The position numbers and the translations under genes are program-made. From Eledone cirrhosa (taxonomy: Eukaryota): a stretch of DNA of 64,000 nucleotides. The first letter of the stretch is position 1; each line of letters starts with the position of its first letter. The notes under the pieces were generated by a model. The model was not told the origin of the DNA, ran no database searches, and saw nothing but the letters and a program-made list of their open reading frames with translations. Where the stretch lies: contig OZ024764.1 in assembly GCA_964016885.1 (NCBI GenBank), forward strand, positions 8,804,001 to 8,868,000, written 5' to 3'. Of this stretch, positions 16,962 to 30,154 are shown piece by piece.

Positions 16962-18654
16962 CACATACACACACTCATATATATATATATATATAAAGAG
17001 AGAGAGAGAGAGAAATGGCTTCTACAGGACTAGAACTGTTTCATTCGAAGGAAATCATCTTATATATATATATATATATATATATATAAGAATACATACA
17101 CATATGTGTGTATATTTATGTATATATATATGAATATGTTTATACATGTATATACATGTATATATATGTGTGTGTATATACATATATATATATATGTATA
17201 TGTGTCTGTGTATATACATATATATGTATATGTGTGTGTATATATAAATATATATGCGTGTGTATATATACATATATATATATATGTGTGTGTGTATATA
17301 CACACACACACATATATAAATATATATATGTGTGTGTATATACATACATATATATATATATATATATATTTATGTGCACATATGCACACGTGTGTGTATA
17401 TGCATATATTGATGTACACATAATACACACACATAGTAAATATGTATGTATATATGTATATCTATGTATATATACATATATATATTTATATATATGTATA
17501 TATATATATGCAGATGTATACATGTAACATGCATCAATGTTGCACTACGTTGCACCATTTTGTGCATATATTTACTGAAGATTGCATCATCAGCATGCAG
17601 ATTACTGGCTGATGCACCACCACCACCACCACCACCACCATTGCTTCAACCACCACCACCACCACCATCATCACCATCATTGCCATCGCCACCACCACCA
17701 CCACCGCCGCCACCATCACCACCATTGCTTCAACCACCATCATCGCCACCACCACCACCACTACTCCAGGTAGAAGGAGCAACGTGAAATAAAGTGTCTT
17801 GCTCAAGGACATAACGCATCGCCTGGTCCAGGAATCGAACTCACAACCTCACGATTGCGAATCCATATATATATATATATATATATATACAGCTGTAGCA
17901 ATGAGATGATAGGGACTGGGGTCCCTATCATTCCACTGCAAAGTGGTCGTGGAGGTGCCACGGCAAAAAAAAGCACCCAGCACTCACTGTAAATGAGGTT
18001 GGTGTTAGGAAGGGCATCCAGCTGTAGAGATCAAGCCAGAATCAGTTCCCATCCCACCCTTGCAAGCAGGGAAAAGCAGACGTAAAATGAAATGATGATA
18101 TATATATACTTTTATAGATATTGATTAATATAATGGTTTCTTATATAGGCACAAGGCCAGCAATATTGGAGTAGGGAAAAGTCGTTTAAATCATGACTGG
18201 TACTTTATTTTATCGATCCCGTAAGGATGAAAGGCAAAGTAAACCTCGGCGGGATTTGAACTCAGAATGGCAAAGGGCCGTAACTCTGTGCTACAAAGAA
18301 TGGCGGTCGACTCTCTACTGATACTGCCAATCCACCATCTGGATATTGATTAACATAATAGTAGTTTGTATATACACTAAAGTCTGTGTGTATATATATA
18401 TATTGATTAAATAGCTGCAGAAATATATGCACATATATACATACATTGAAATATATGTGTATATCTATTGAACACAGAATTACACAAATATATTTACATA
18501 TGAAACCTACAGTTAGTAGGCACCTCTTAACCAAATATACACCCCAACTCACTACCCCTACCCTCTACTCCCACTCCCACCAACACCACCCTGACTCTGC
18601 AAAGTTGGTACCACAACATCCAGTCCAAATAAATGAGATAACGAGATCGAGATC

Positions 18655-19510
18655 GTGTAGGTGTCACGACAAAAAAAGACACAGTCCACGCTGTAATGTG
18701 GCCGTGTAGGTAACACGGCAAAAAGTTCCCAGTCCACACTGTAAATGTGGTTATGTAGGTGTCACGACAAAAAAACACACAGTCCACGCTGTAATGTGGC
18801 CGTGTAGGTAACACGGCAAAAAGTTCCCAGTCCACACTTTAAAGTGGTCATGTAGGTGTCACGACAAAAAAAACACACAGTCCACGCTGTAATGTGGCTG
18901 TGTAGGTAACACGGCAAAAAGTTCCCAGTCCACACTTTAAAGTGGTCATGTAGGTGTCACGACAAAAAAACACACAGTCCACGCTGTAATGTGGCCGTGT
19001 AGGTAACACGGCAAAAAGTTCCCAGTCTACACTTTAAAGTGGTCATGTAGGTGTCACGACAAAAAAACACACAGTCCACGCTGTAATGTGGCCGTGTAGG
19101 TAACACGGCAAAAAGTTCCCAGTCCACACTTTAAAGTGGTCATGTAGGTGTCACGACAAAAAAACACACAGTCCATGCTGTAATGTGGCCCTGTAGGTAA
19201 CACGGCAAAAAGTTCCCAGTCCACACTTTAAAGTGGTCATGTAGGTGTCACGACAAAAAAAACACACAGTCCACGTTGTAATGTGGCTGTGTAGGTAACA
19301 CGGCAAAAAGTTCCCAGTCCACACTTTAAAGTGGTCATGTAGGTGTCACAACAAAAAAACACACAGTCCACGCTGTAATGTGGCCGTGTAGGTAACACGG
19401 CAAAAAGTTCCCAGTCCACACTTTAAAGTGGTTATGTAGGTGTCACGACAAAAAAACACAGTCCACGCTGTAATGTGGTCGTGTAGGTAACGCGATAAAA
19501 AGTTCCCAGT
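18655..19510. repeat. Minisatellite, about 97 bp x 9, derived from the RTE 3' UTR
   Basis: gtaggtgtcacgacaaaaaaa recurs about every 97 nt. Confidence 0.9.
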
Positions 19511-19822
19511 TCCACACTGTAAATGCGGTTGGTGTTAGGAAGGGCATCCAGCCGTAGAAAACCTGCCAGATAGTCCTATACGAGTGAGACACGGTCACCT
19601 GACCAATCTTGCCTCAAGTGGGACAACTCCTGTCTAACCCATGCTAGCGTGGAAGATGGACGTTAAAAGAAGATGATGATATATGCAATCAATAAACATA
19701 CGCACATATATATATATGTATATGTATGTATATATATATACCCTGTATTTACATATAATTATACATAGCAACAGGATGTGAGTTAGCTGTTTGTGTTTAT
19801 ATTGGTTTTTAGTACAGCATTA

Positions 19823-20512
19823 TATCATCATCATCATCATCATCAACGTTTAACGTCCGTGTTCCACGCTTGCATGGGTTTGGACGGGGGCTACTCCCAC
19901 ATGAGGCAAGAGTGATTGTCTTGCTCGCATAGGACTGTCTGGCAGGTTTTATACAGTTGGATGCCCTTCCTAACACCAACCACATTTACAGTGTGGGTCT
20001 GGGAGGTTTTTACCGTGTTGCCTACACGGCCACATTACAGCGTGGACTGTGTGTTTTTTTGTCGTGACACCTACACGATCTCATTTGTTTCGGCCTGGAT
20101 GGCGCAGCACCAACATAACTTTACATAGAACGGGGTGGTGTGGATGGGGTGGGGGTGGTGGCGGGACGGGGTGTATTTTGTTAGAGATGCCTACTGGCAA
20201 GGCGGGTCTTCTCTGTTACTGAGTACCGCCAAAGGTCTCGGTCCAGTGACATTGTCTTGGAGAGGTGTAAGTGTGTGAGGTCGGAGTTTATCAGCTCATC
20301 CCATGTTTTTCTAGGTCTGCCTATTCCGTGGCTACCGTCTATCTTTATTGCCCTGCACTTTGTAATACAGCTATCGACTTTCATGCGCATCACGTGTCCA
20401 TACCAACGTAGCCTTCTCTCGAGTAAACAACATCTGATCCCTCTTATCTCTAATTTTTTCCTTAGTTCGTTTATGCTTTGCCGTTCACATATATTACTGT
20501 TACACATCCAGC
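19823..20512 (-). mobile_element. RTE LINE 3' end
   Basis: Minus-strand RWMCNSN..RRLRWYGHVMRM..GRPRKTW; (ATC)n tail at 19823. Confidence 0.85.
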
Positions 20513-20524
20513 GTATATATATAC

Positions 20525-20593
<69 letters not shown>

Positions 20594-20806
20594 TATATAT
20601 GCACACACACACACATATATATATATACAAACACACACACATATATACACACACACAAATATATATATATACACACATATATATACACACACACATATAT
20701 ACACACACACACATATATATATACACACACACATATATATACACATATACATATATATATATACACACATATATATATACACACATATATATATACACAT
20801 ACACAC

Positions 20807-20839
<33 letters not shown>

Positions 20840-20994
20840 CACACACATATATATATATATACCTTGCCAGCAGGGAAAATGAAATGATGAAATGATGACA
20901 CACACATATATATACACACACATATATACATACACACACGCACACATATTTACACACACACACACACACATATATATAAATACACATATACACT

Positions 20995-21026
<32 letters not shown>

Positions 21027-21030
<4 letters not shown>

Positions 21031-21930
21031 GTAAATCTAGCTAAGACAAAAGTGTTGATGAGTAGAAAAGAGGACAAAACCCTGATTCCGTCAGGGAAAT
21101 GGCCATGTTCGATATGCAGAAAAGGAACTGGCATAAATTCTATAAAATGCACACAATGTAGGTCCTGGGTACACAAGAGATGTAGCGGGATAGCAGGCAA
21201 ACTAACAGGTAGGGAGAAATATGTATGCAGTAGATGTACAGGGAAATTAGACAGTAGAAGTCGCATTGATAGACACATTTTTCAAATGCGAGAGGGCGCT
21301 ATAGAAGTGGTGGATAGCTTCCGGTACCTAGGAGATCAGATTAGCATGGGAGGAGGGTGTTCCGAGGCCATAGTATCTAGAATAAGGACGGGTTGGAAGA
21401 AGTTTAGGGAGCTGCTTCCTCTGTTGACGAAGAAGGGTTTCTCCCTGCGTACGAAAGGCCGGTTGTATGATGCCTGTGTGAGGAGCGCGATGCTGCATGG
21501 TAGTGAGACATGGGCAGCTACCGCAGAAGATATGCGACGGCTGGAGAGAAATGAGGCAAGCATGCTCCGTTGGATGTGCAGTGTAAATGTGCGTGAACGA
21601 CCCAGCATAAATGTGTTGAGAGAGAAACTGTGTCTGAGAGGGATAGAATGTAGTGTACGGGAGAGGAGACTGAGGTGGTATGGACATGTGATGCGCATGG
21701 AGGATGACTGATGGGTGAAGAAGTGCCAGGAAATGCCAGTTGAAGGAAGACGTGGTAGAGGTAGACCACGAAAAACATGGGCGGAGGTGGTGAGAACAGA
21801 CCTCAGATCATTGAAGCTCACGGTGGAGATGACGAGGGACCGTGACGAGTGGAGAGATGCTGTGCTGAATAAGACCCGTCCCACCCTTGCAAGCAGGGAA
21901 AAGCGGACGTAAAATGATGATGATGATGAT
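21027..21930 (+). mobile_element. 5'-truncated RTE-clade LINE (RT C-terminal part with PHD-like finger; (GAT)n tail)
   Basis: KVNLAKTKVLM..C4HC3..FRYLG..MLHGSETW..RRLRWYGHVMRM..GRPRKTW. In-frame TGA at 21709 (CGA in the sister copy near 46531). Confidence 0.9.
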
Positions 21931-22582
21931 ACACACACAGTTCAAGAGTAACCAATCTTAAAGAGAGAGAGTTAGTTCTTCCAGTTAGTTCTTCGGAGCA
22001 TGCATCACTATGAAAACGCCTTGTTGAGTCAAACCAAGCCAAGCGTTGATATCATCCACTACCTGGAATACCATAACTGGACTATACCTAAGTGGACTGC
22101 ATTTAACTATTATTTGTTACCCCATATATATATATATATATATATATACACAGTTCAAGAGTAACCAATCTTAAAGAGAGAGATGGAGATAGGAGAGGAG
22201 AGATTGGTGAATTAGTTAGAAGCCAAAGCGTAAAGGCATGTGCTCAATGTGCAATATGCAGTAGAAAGCAGCTAGGTGGCTGGGTTCATGCAGAAGTTAG
22301 GTGCGCAGAGCTGGAAATATTCATTAGTTAAGCAAAACAAGACCACAAATTTCACAAGGAAGACATTATTAAAAGATTGTCAACATATTTTAATTTGATG
22401 TAAGGAATGTCGAATGTAGAATGTATATGGAACATTATATTATGTAACATTATCCCGAAGTTCCAATAAGCCACTCTGTTTTTTAAATATGTTAATTCTT
22501 TTCAACTGAACCAGATCAATTATGATATATAGTCATCTGATCCAGAAATATTATATGGAGTAGTGAAACAATTGTAAACGGA

Positions 22583-22616
<34 letters not shown>

Positions 22617-22817
22617 CAGTGCAATAAAGTACCAGCAATGCACTGGGTAATTGCTGGCCTTGTGCCTAAAGTAGAAACAATTATTATTATTATTATTATT
22701 CTCTACATTCCTTACATCAAACTAAAATATGTTGACAATCTTTTAATAATGTCTTCTTTGTGAAATTTGTGGTCTTGTTTTGCTTAACTAATGAATATAT
22801 ATATATATATATATATA

Positions 22818-22931
<114 letters not shown>

Positions 22932-23225
22932 AACTTTAATTATATCTCATAAAATAATACAACTGGCTTTCCACAAAATACATATGGTTAGCACCCCAAA
23001 CACTTAAATTGGGTTTATACTAACATATAACCTAATGTTTGTTGAGTGAGATGGTTACCAGTCGGAGTTTAGCTTTAAGCTATCTCTGTTATTGTATTAA
23101 TTATATATATATATATATATACAGTAACTCCGCTTTAGCTCTGACTCAATCTGCGAAGACCTGTCCGACCCATGCTACAAGGGAAAGTAGTGATGATGAT
23201 ATATATATACATATATATATATATA

Positions 23226-23635
23226 TGTTCCAGATATGACCATCCTGTCTTTTATTCAGACACAGTGTATCTAGGACTACATTATCTAATGTGTCCTTCC
23301 TTGTTGTTTAGCCCGAGGTCAGACCTGATCCAGTAGACCTATGATCAAGGATGTTCCAGATATGACCATCCTGTCTTTTATTCAGACACAGTGTATCTAG
23401 GACTACATTATCTAATGTGTCCTTCCTTGTTGTTTAGCCCTAGGTCAGCCCTGATCCAGTAGACCTATGATCAAAGATGTTCCAGCTATGACCATCCTGT
23501 CTTTTGTTCAGACACAGTGTATCTAGGACTACATTATCTAATGTGTCCTTCCTTGTTGTTTAGCCCCAGGTCAGTCATGATCCAGCAGACAGACCTATCA
23601 TCCAAAATGTTCCAACTGTGACCACCCTGTCTTCT
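23226..23635. repeat. 126-bp tandem repeat x about 3.2, directly before coding exon 1
   Basis: tgttcca at 23226, 23352, 23478 and 23608; a single copy lies at about 47035-47138. Confidence 0.9.
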
Positions 23636-23679
23636 TTTCCATTCATAACTAACTACAGCTATCTGCTATATTTCCAGCT

Positions 23680-23703
23680 ATGGGCCGTGACATACCCAAC
23701 TGA
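23680..23703 (+). promoter_or_regulatory. Short upstream ORF (MGRDIPN*) in the 5' part of EHBP1 coding exon 1
   Basis: ATG GGC CGT GAC ATA CCC AAC TGA; ends 11 nt before the main ATG. Confidence 0.55.
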
Positions 23704-23714
23704 CACCAAGCACA

Positions 23715-23815
23715 ATGAGTGTGTGGAAGAGGTTACAGCGAGTAGGAAAGTCTGCATCCAAGTTCAAATTCACTGCTTCCTACCAGAAACTGATTGTAGA
23801 GTGTACAAAAGAATG
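23715..23815 (+). CDS. EHBP1: EHBP1 coding exon 1 (start; N-terminal C2 domain)
   Basis: ATG at 23715 gives MSVWKRLQRVGKSASKFKFTASYQKLIVECTKE(W), nearly identical to the EHBP1 N-terminus as I recall it (MASVWKRLQRVGKHASKFQFVASYQELMVECTKKW). Acceptor tttccag ends 23677; donor TG|gtaag (phase 2). Confidence 0.95.
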
Positions 23816-23835
23816 GTAAGTTTTGCTCTTATTGT

Positions 23836-23869
<34 letters not shown>

Positions 23870-24586
23870 CAATTAATAAGAGTACCATCATGAAACTCTG
23901 AGTATCGATGAAAATTTAGTTGCCATGTAGTTTAAATAATATAAAGCACCTCCCATGTCTACATATCAAGGGATCACTCTTTCGTAATTACAATTCACAT
24001 ATAGATCAGACCCCTTCTTCCTCCCGTTAGACCTGTGCGAAATTCCTTCCTTGCTCACATTTCAACCAGGTTTGATTGTCTTTATTCTCTCGTTCACGAT
24101 TTCACTGAATTTAAATTCATAGAAATCTGGGACTTGTCTCTTTCTTCCTCACTTTCTGTTGCTTCACCATTTTGTTTGTTTACCCTCGCGTCCCCTTTAT
24201 TTACGTGTCCCAACGTCTTTTTTTAGCCGTTGCTCGCACCAACCGGAGGTATATGGTCTTTAAAGCGATGAAATGCCTATGATGGTTGGAAGATCACTGA
24301 TGAAGGACAAACTTTTTCATATATATATATATATTATGTATAAATATTTCGTATCTCCAAAGAAATACAGCCAGATAAGCCTGAAATGCATAGACGGTTG
24401 GCTCCCTTGCTTCTGCTGGACATCACCAGCAATACTCATCTTTTTCCATTTATCTGAGAGTTCTTAACCCCATTATCAGGCTAAAATTTCTTTAGTAAAA
24501 AAATACGGTGAAAGCTTCTATTTTCTAATTTCAAACTTGCTTGTTGTTTCAAAACATACTTATATATATATATATATATATACATA

Positions 24587-24637
<51 letters not shown>

Positions 24638-25939
24638 GAGACGTATAGAGATTGTTTTAGCAAGAAGCTAACGGCATTCTATAACATATATATATCCAGG
24701 GGGTGTAACTTGGAGTTACTGCAGGTTCACCCAGGAGAGCACTCGATGTTTAGGATGACTTCTGTGATGAGGTGTAGAGCTATCATCATCATCATCATCA
24801 TTTCATTTTACGTCCGCTTTTTCCCTGCTTGCAAGGGTGGGACGGGAACTGATTCTGGCTTGATTTCTACAGCTGGATGCCCTTCCTAACACCAACCTCA
24901 TTTACAGTGAGTGCTGGGTGCTTTTTTTTGCCGTGGCGCCTCCACGACCACTTTGCAGTGGAATGATAGGGACCCCAGTCCCTATCATCTCATTTCTACA
25001 GCTGAGTAAACTGGAGCAATGTGAAATAAAGTGTCTTGCTCAAGGAAACAACACATTACCCGGTCTGAGAATTGAACTCACAACCCTTCGATTGCAAGCC
25101 CAATGCTCTAACCACTAAGCCATGTGCCTCCATATACAGAGTGTAATATATTGAAAGGATAACAAGGACCATTGATTACTCCTTCATTCGATCTGTATCG
25201 AACCTTGAGCTGATCAGTGGCGAAACGCGCGTCACCTATCAATAAATGCAATGAAGGAGTAATCAATCGTCCTTGTTATCCTTTCAATATATATATAAGA
25301 AGCAAAGAAAATTTCAAAGATATGAAAGATTTCCTGGTGGAAGTTCAGGTGTACTCCGGGTTGGTATCCAGTTTTGAGGTGAAAGTCCAATCAGAAAATC
25401 CAACGAATTTTGAGAGGTCCACGTAAGCGTTGATACATATAGAGAAGACCCGCCTTACCTAGATACAAAGTAAAACCTACTACAGTCAGTAGGCATCTCT
25501 AACAAAACACACCCCCGTCCCACCACCCCCACCCCATCCACACCGCCCCCTTTCAATGTAAAGTTATGTTGGTGCCACAACATCCAGGCCGAAACAAATG
25601 AGATCGTGTAGGTGTCACGACAAAAAAACACACAGTCCACGGTGTAATGTGGCCGTGTAGGCAACACGGTAAAAACCTCCCAGTACAACACACTGTAAAT
25701 GTGGTTGGTGTTAGGAAGGGCATCCAGCTGTAGAAAACCCGCCAGACAGTCCTATGCGAGCAAGACAACCACTCTTGCCTCAAGTGGGAAAACTCCCGTC
25801 CAAACCCATGCAAGCGGGGAACACGGACGTTAAACGATGATGATATATGTATGTAAAAGCTAAACAGAAATAACAACACAATCAGTACAGTATATGGAAG
25901 GTATATATTAGGTTAACGCTTGATGTAGCAGGAAGAGGG

Positions 25940-25975
25940 TCTTAACGTTTCGGACACTAGTCCTTCATCAGAAGA
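25940..25975 (-). ncRNA. Minimal hammerhead motif (no loop III, dimer-type)
   Basis: Reverse complement TCTT-CTGATGA-A-GGAC-tagt-GTCC-GAAAC-GTT-AAGA. Related degenerate or truncated copies lie at about 10055-10135 and 44915-45000. Confidence 0.6.
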
Positions 25976-26175
25976 AAGAATGAGAAATAAGATAGATTGA
26001 AGGGACGGGCGGGGTGGAATTGGAAAAAATGTCTTTAGATGAAAATAACAGGTCCATTCGTGTTGACATCTAAGAGATATGTGTTCACCTTAATCGATTG
26101 TTCCTCGAGCTGATCGACAGTGAAACATATGTCATATGTATATGATGCAATACTGATTCTTTGTTTCCTTATACG

Positions 26176-26736
26176 ATGTATACACCCAGATGTATACACC
26201 CTGAGGTATACACCCTGATGTATACACCCAGATGTATACACCCTGATGTATACACCCAGATGTATACACCCAGATGTATACACCCAGATGTATACACCCT
26301 GATGTATATACCCAGATGTATACACCCTGATGTATACAGCCTGATGTATACACCCTGATGTATACACCCAGATGTATACACCCTGATGTATACACCCTGA
26401 TGTATACACCCTGATGTATACAGCCTGATGTATACACCCTGATGTATACACCCTGATGTATACACCCTGATGTATCCACCCAGATGTATACACCCAGATG
26501 TATACACCCTGATGTATACACCCTGATGTATACACCCTGATGTATACACCCTGATGTATACACCCAGATGTATACACCCAGATGTATACACCCTGATGTA
26601 TACACCCTGATGTATACACCCAGATGTATACACCCTGATGTATACATCCAGATGTATACACCCAGATGTATACACCCTGATGTATACAGCCTGATGTATA
26701 CACCCTGATGTATACACCCAGATGTATACACCCAGA
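26176..26736. repeat. 14-bp minisatellite ATGTATACACCC(A/T)G x about 40
   Basis: Direct reading; ends about 35 nt before exon 2. Confidence 0.95.
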
Positions 26737-26770
26737 TAGTGTATAATGTAATTGTTTCTTCTATTAACAG

Positions 26771-26828
26771 GCAACCAGACAAATTATGTGTGGTGTGGAC
26801 CAGGAGAAGTCGAAGAGAAAGTTCCCAG
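26771..26828 (+). CDS. EHBP1: EHBP1 coding exon 2 (NT-C2)
   Basis: aacag|G CAA CCA GAC = (W)QPDKLCVVWTRRSRRESSQ|gtaagg; 58 nt, phase 2 to 0. Confidence 0.95.
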
Positions 26829-27527
26829 GTAAGGGAGAAGGACATTGACCCCAACATATGACTGAGAGAGGCTGGAACACCACTACACCACCATACCAGC
26901 ACCAACACTACACCACCACCGACACTACAACACCAACATCACTACACCACAGACACTACACCACCACAGACACTACACCACGACCACCAACGCTACACCA
27001 CCACAGACACTACACCACCACCAACACTACACCATACCATTACACCACCACCAGCACCATACCAGTACACCACCACCTCTACCCCCAACACTACACCACC
27101 ACCATACCATTACACCAGCACCATACCAGTACACCACTACCACTACACCACCACTACACCACCACCAACACCACACCACCAGCACCATACCATTACACCA
27201 CCACTACCAACACCACACCACCACCACCTCTACCCCCCACCACTACACCACCACCAACACCACACCACCAGCACCATACCATTACACCACCACTACCAAC
27301 ACCACACCACCACCACCACCTCTACCCCCCACCACTACACCACCACCATACCATTACACCAGCACCATACCAGTACACCACTACCACTACACCACCACCT
27401 CTACCCCCCACCACTACACCACCACCAACACCACACCACCAGCACCATACCATTACACCACCACTACCAACACCACACCACCACCACCACCACCATGTCC
27501 TCATATAACTCTGTCTTCTCCCTACAG

Positions 27528-27677
27528 GTAATGACATGGGTCCCTACCATCCAGAACCCCTACCGCGGGGTCATAGAGTGGACACTCCCAGACAATGTTG
27601 AGATAACAGTCACCTGTTTCAGGAACTCCAGACAGGAGCAGTACGAAGACAAGGAATGGGTATTTATGATAGAAAGT
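27528..27677 (+). CDS. EHBP1: EHBP1 coding exon 3 (NT-C2)
   Basis: ctacag|VMTWVPTIQNPYRGVIEWTLPDNVEITVTCFRNSRQEQYEDKEWVFMIES|gtaagt; 150 nt. Confidence 0.95.
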
Positions 27678-27903
27678 GTAAGTGGTATCAATATTGTCTT
27701 TATGGTAGAATCGGTAGAGTGTCGGACAATGTGCTTTGCGGCATAGAGTTGCGGCCCTTTACATTTTGTGTTCAAATTCCGCTGAGGTCAGCTTTGCCTT
27801 TCATTCATACAGAGTTGATAAAATAAAGTATCAGTAATGTACTGGGGTTGATTTAATCAGTCTATCTGTCTGTCTGTGTGTGTCTGTGTCTATCTATCTG
27901 TAA

Positions 27904-30000
27904 TGAAGGGCTGGGAATGCCGTGGCTGATGATGCGCAAGCATGCGCTGAGGCTAACGGCATCTACAGGTATTCCTCACCGACCCCCAACCAGTGTGGGC
28001 ACCGTTTGTGAGACAAGCCTTCCCGCAACTTGTCTCGCTGACGGAGCTGCAGTCCTGGGTCAAGCAGAGACAGAAGAAGGTGGGCGCCTGGCACATTGAA
28101 TGCGCTCAGCCGCTCACAGTCCTCTGTCAAGCGGGCACAGCAATCAGTGGAGACTCCACTTCGACATTCTATAGAGGGTTAGTACGTCACAAGGGCGACG
28201 ACGTGCTCGGAGAGACTCTGGGCATCGGACGACAACCTCATCAGTCTGTTCGGTAGGACTTTTCGCCCGGGACCCATGGACAACTTCGAGAGGTCCCTGG
28301 CCTGGCAGTGCTACCGAGGAGCCCTACCAGTTTAAGACAAGATCTAAGGCACGGACGCCCCGGCAGGGATCCTTCCAAGAGGACGTGTCCAAGGTGCGAG
28401 CAGGACATTGAAACCGTCCTGCACGCAATTGTACACTGCCCGGGCGTAACCAACCTGTGGAACTACGCAGAACAACTGTTGTCGCGTATGGGACAAATCC
28501 AATTGACTGCCGAGTCCATAATAAGGATCAAACCACCAACTTCTTTCAAAAACGAAAGAGAGGTGGTTTTCCTCTGTATAGTGGCTATGGTGAAAGAGGT
28601 TATATGGTGGACGAGGTTGAGAGGACTGAGGACAGATGCCTTTCTCTCCGGACAACAATTGATTCCCTTATTTAAGTATCACTTTAGAAGGAGAATCAGA
28701 GTGGAGAGAGAGGCACTGCACCCCAGTAAATTTACTGAAAGGTGGGTGAATGAAGCGAAAATGGCCCGAGTGATTGGGCCTTCTCTGTATATAAACCTGT
28801 AGGTTGAAGAAGAAAACAAAAGGAAAAAAGGAGCACTTGCACAACACGCTCCTGGAGTTGCGGGTTGTTCTATCGACGGGGTATTAAACAACCCATTTGT
28901 GGCGCCTCCCTCCTATTGGGGATTTCGTTTGTTGAATTTGTTTGTTTTAATAATTGTTTCTACTATTGGCACAAGGCCAGCAATTACCCAGTGTATTACT
29001 GGTACTTTATTTTATCGACCCCGTAAGGATGAAAGGCGAAGTTAACCTCGGCGGGATTTGAACTCAGAATGGCAAGGGCCGTAACTCTATGCATCAAAGC
29101 ATGGCGTCCGACCCTCTACCGATACTGCCAATTCACCCACTATGTTTGTTTTAATAATATTTTTACACAACTGTATGTAAAATCCCCGGCATCTCTTTGT
29201 ATTGTCCCCTTTTCTTGTTGCGCCCTTGTGGCTAATAAAGAAATATATCTATCGATACATATCTGGTTGTCTGTCTATCGCCAGACTCTTTCAAAAACGA
29301 AAGAGAGGCGGTTTTCCTCTGTACGGTGGCTATGGTGAAAGAAGTTATATGGTGGACGAGGTTGAGAGGACTGAGGACAGATGCCTTTCTCTCCAGACAA
29401 CAACTGATTTCCTTCTTTAAGTATCACTTTAGAAGGAGAATCAGGGTGGAGAGAGAGGCACTGCACCCCAGTAAATTTACTGAAAGGTGGGTGAATGTGA
29501 CAAAAATGGCCCGAGTGATTGGGCCTTCTCTGTATATAAACCTGTAGGTTGAAGAAGAGAGCGAAAGGAAAAAAGGAGCACTTGCACAACACGCTCCTGG
29601 AGTTGCGGGTTGTTCTATCTACGGGGTATTAAACAACCCATTTGTGGCGCCTCCCCCCTATTGGGGATTTCGTTTGTTGAATTTGTTTGTTTTAATAATT
29701 GTTTCTACTATTGGCACAAGGCCAGCAATTACCCAGTGTATTACTGGTACTTTATTTTATCGACCCCGTAAGGATGAAATGAAAGGTAAAGTTAACCTCG
29801 GCGGGATTTGAACTCAGAATGGCAAGGGCCGTAACTCTATGCATCATAGCATGGTGTCCGACCCTCTACCGATACTGCCAATTCACCCACTATGTTTGTT
29901 TTAATAATATTTTTACACGACTGTATGTAAAATCCCCGGCATCTCTTTGTATTGTCCCCTTTTCTTGTTGCGCCCTTGTGGCTAATAAAGAAATATATCT
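27904..30000 (+). mobile_element. Degenerate Tx1-like copy plus an approximately 750-bp tandem duplication of its 3' end (each with a SINE-like fragment)
   Basis: GLGMPWLMMRKHALRL..CPRCEQDIETVLHAIVHC; about 28541-29278 is repeated at about 29288-30028. Confidence 0.85.
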
Positions 30001-30078
30001 ATCGATACATATCTGGTTGTCTGTCTATCTGTTTGTCTATCTATCTACCTACCTATCTGTAGTCTATCTATTTATCTA

Positions 30079-30129
<51 letters not shown>

Positions 30130-30154
30130 ATCTATCTATTTATATACCTATAAC

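Noticed and set aside
17620-17765. Poly-Pro / poly-His ORFs
   Set aside because: (CAC)n trinucleotide repeat next to a SINE, with no splice support.
24265-24320. CTGATGAAGGAC motif family (also about 61495-61550 and 63420-63505)
   Set aside because: Only the 5' half of a hammerhead core is visible; I could not find a matching GAAA/NUH with a paired stem I.
26858-27508. Thr/Pro/His-rich mucin-like ORF
   Set aside because: CAC-rich low-complexity intron between two phase-matched EHBP1 exons.
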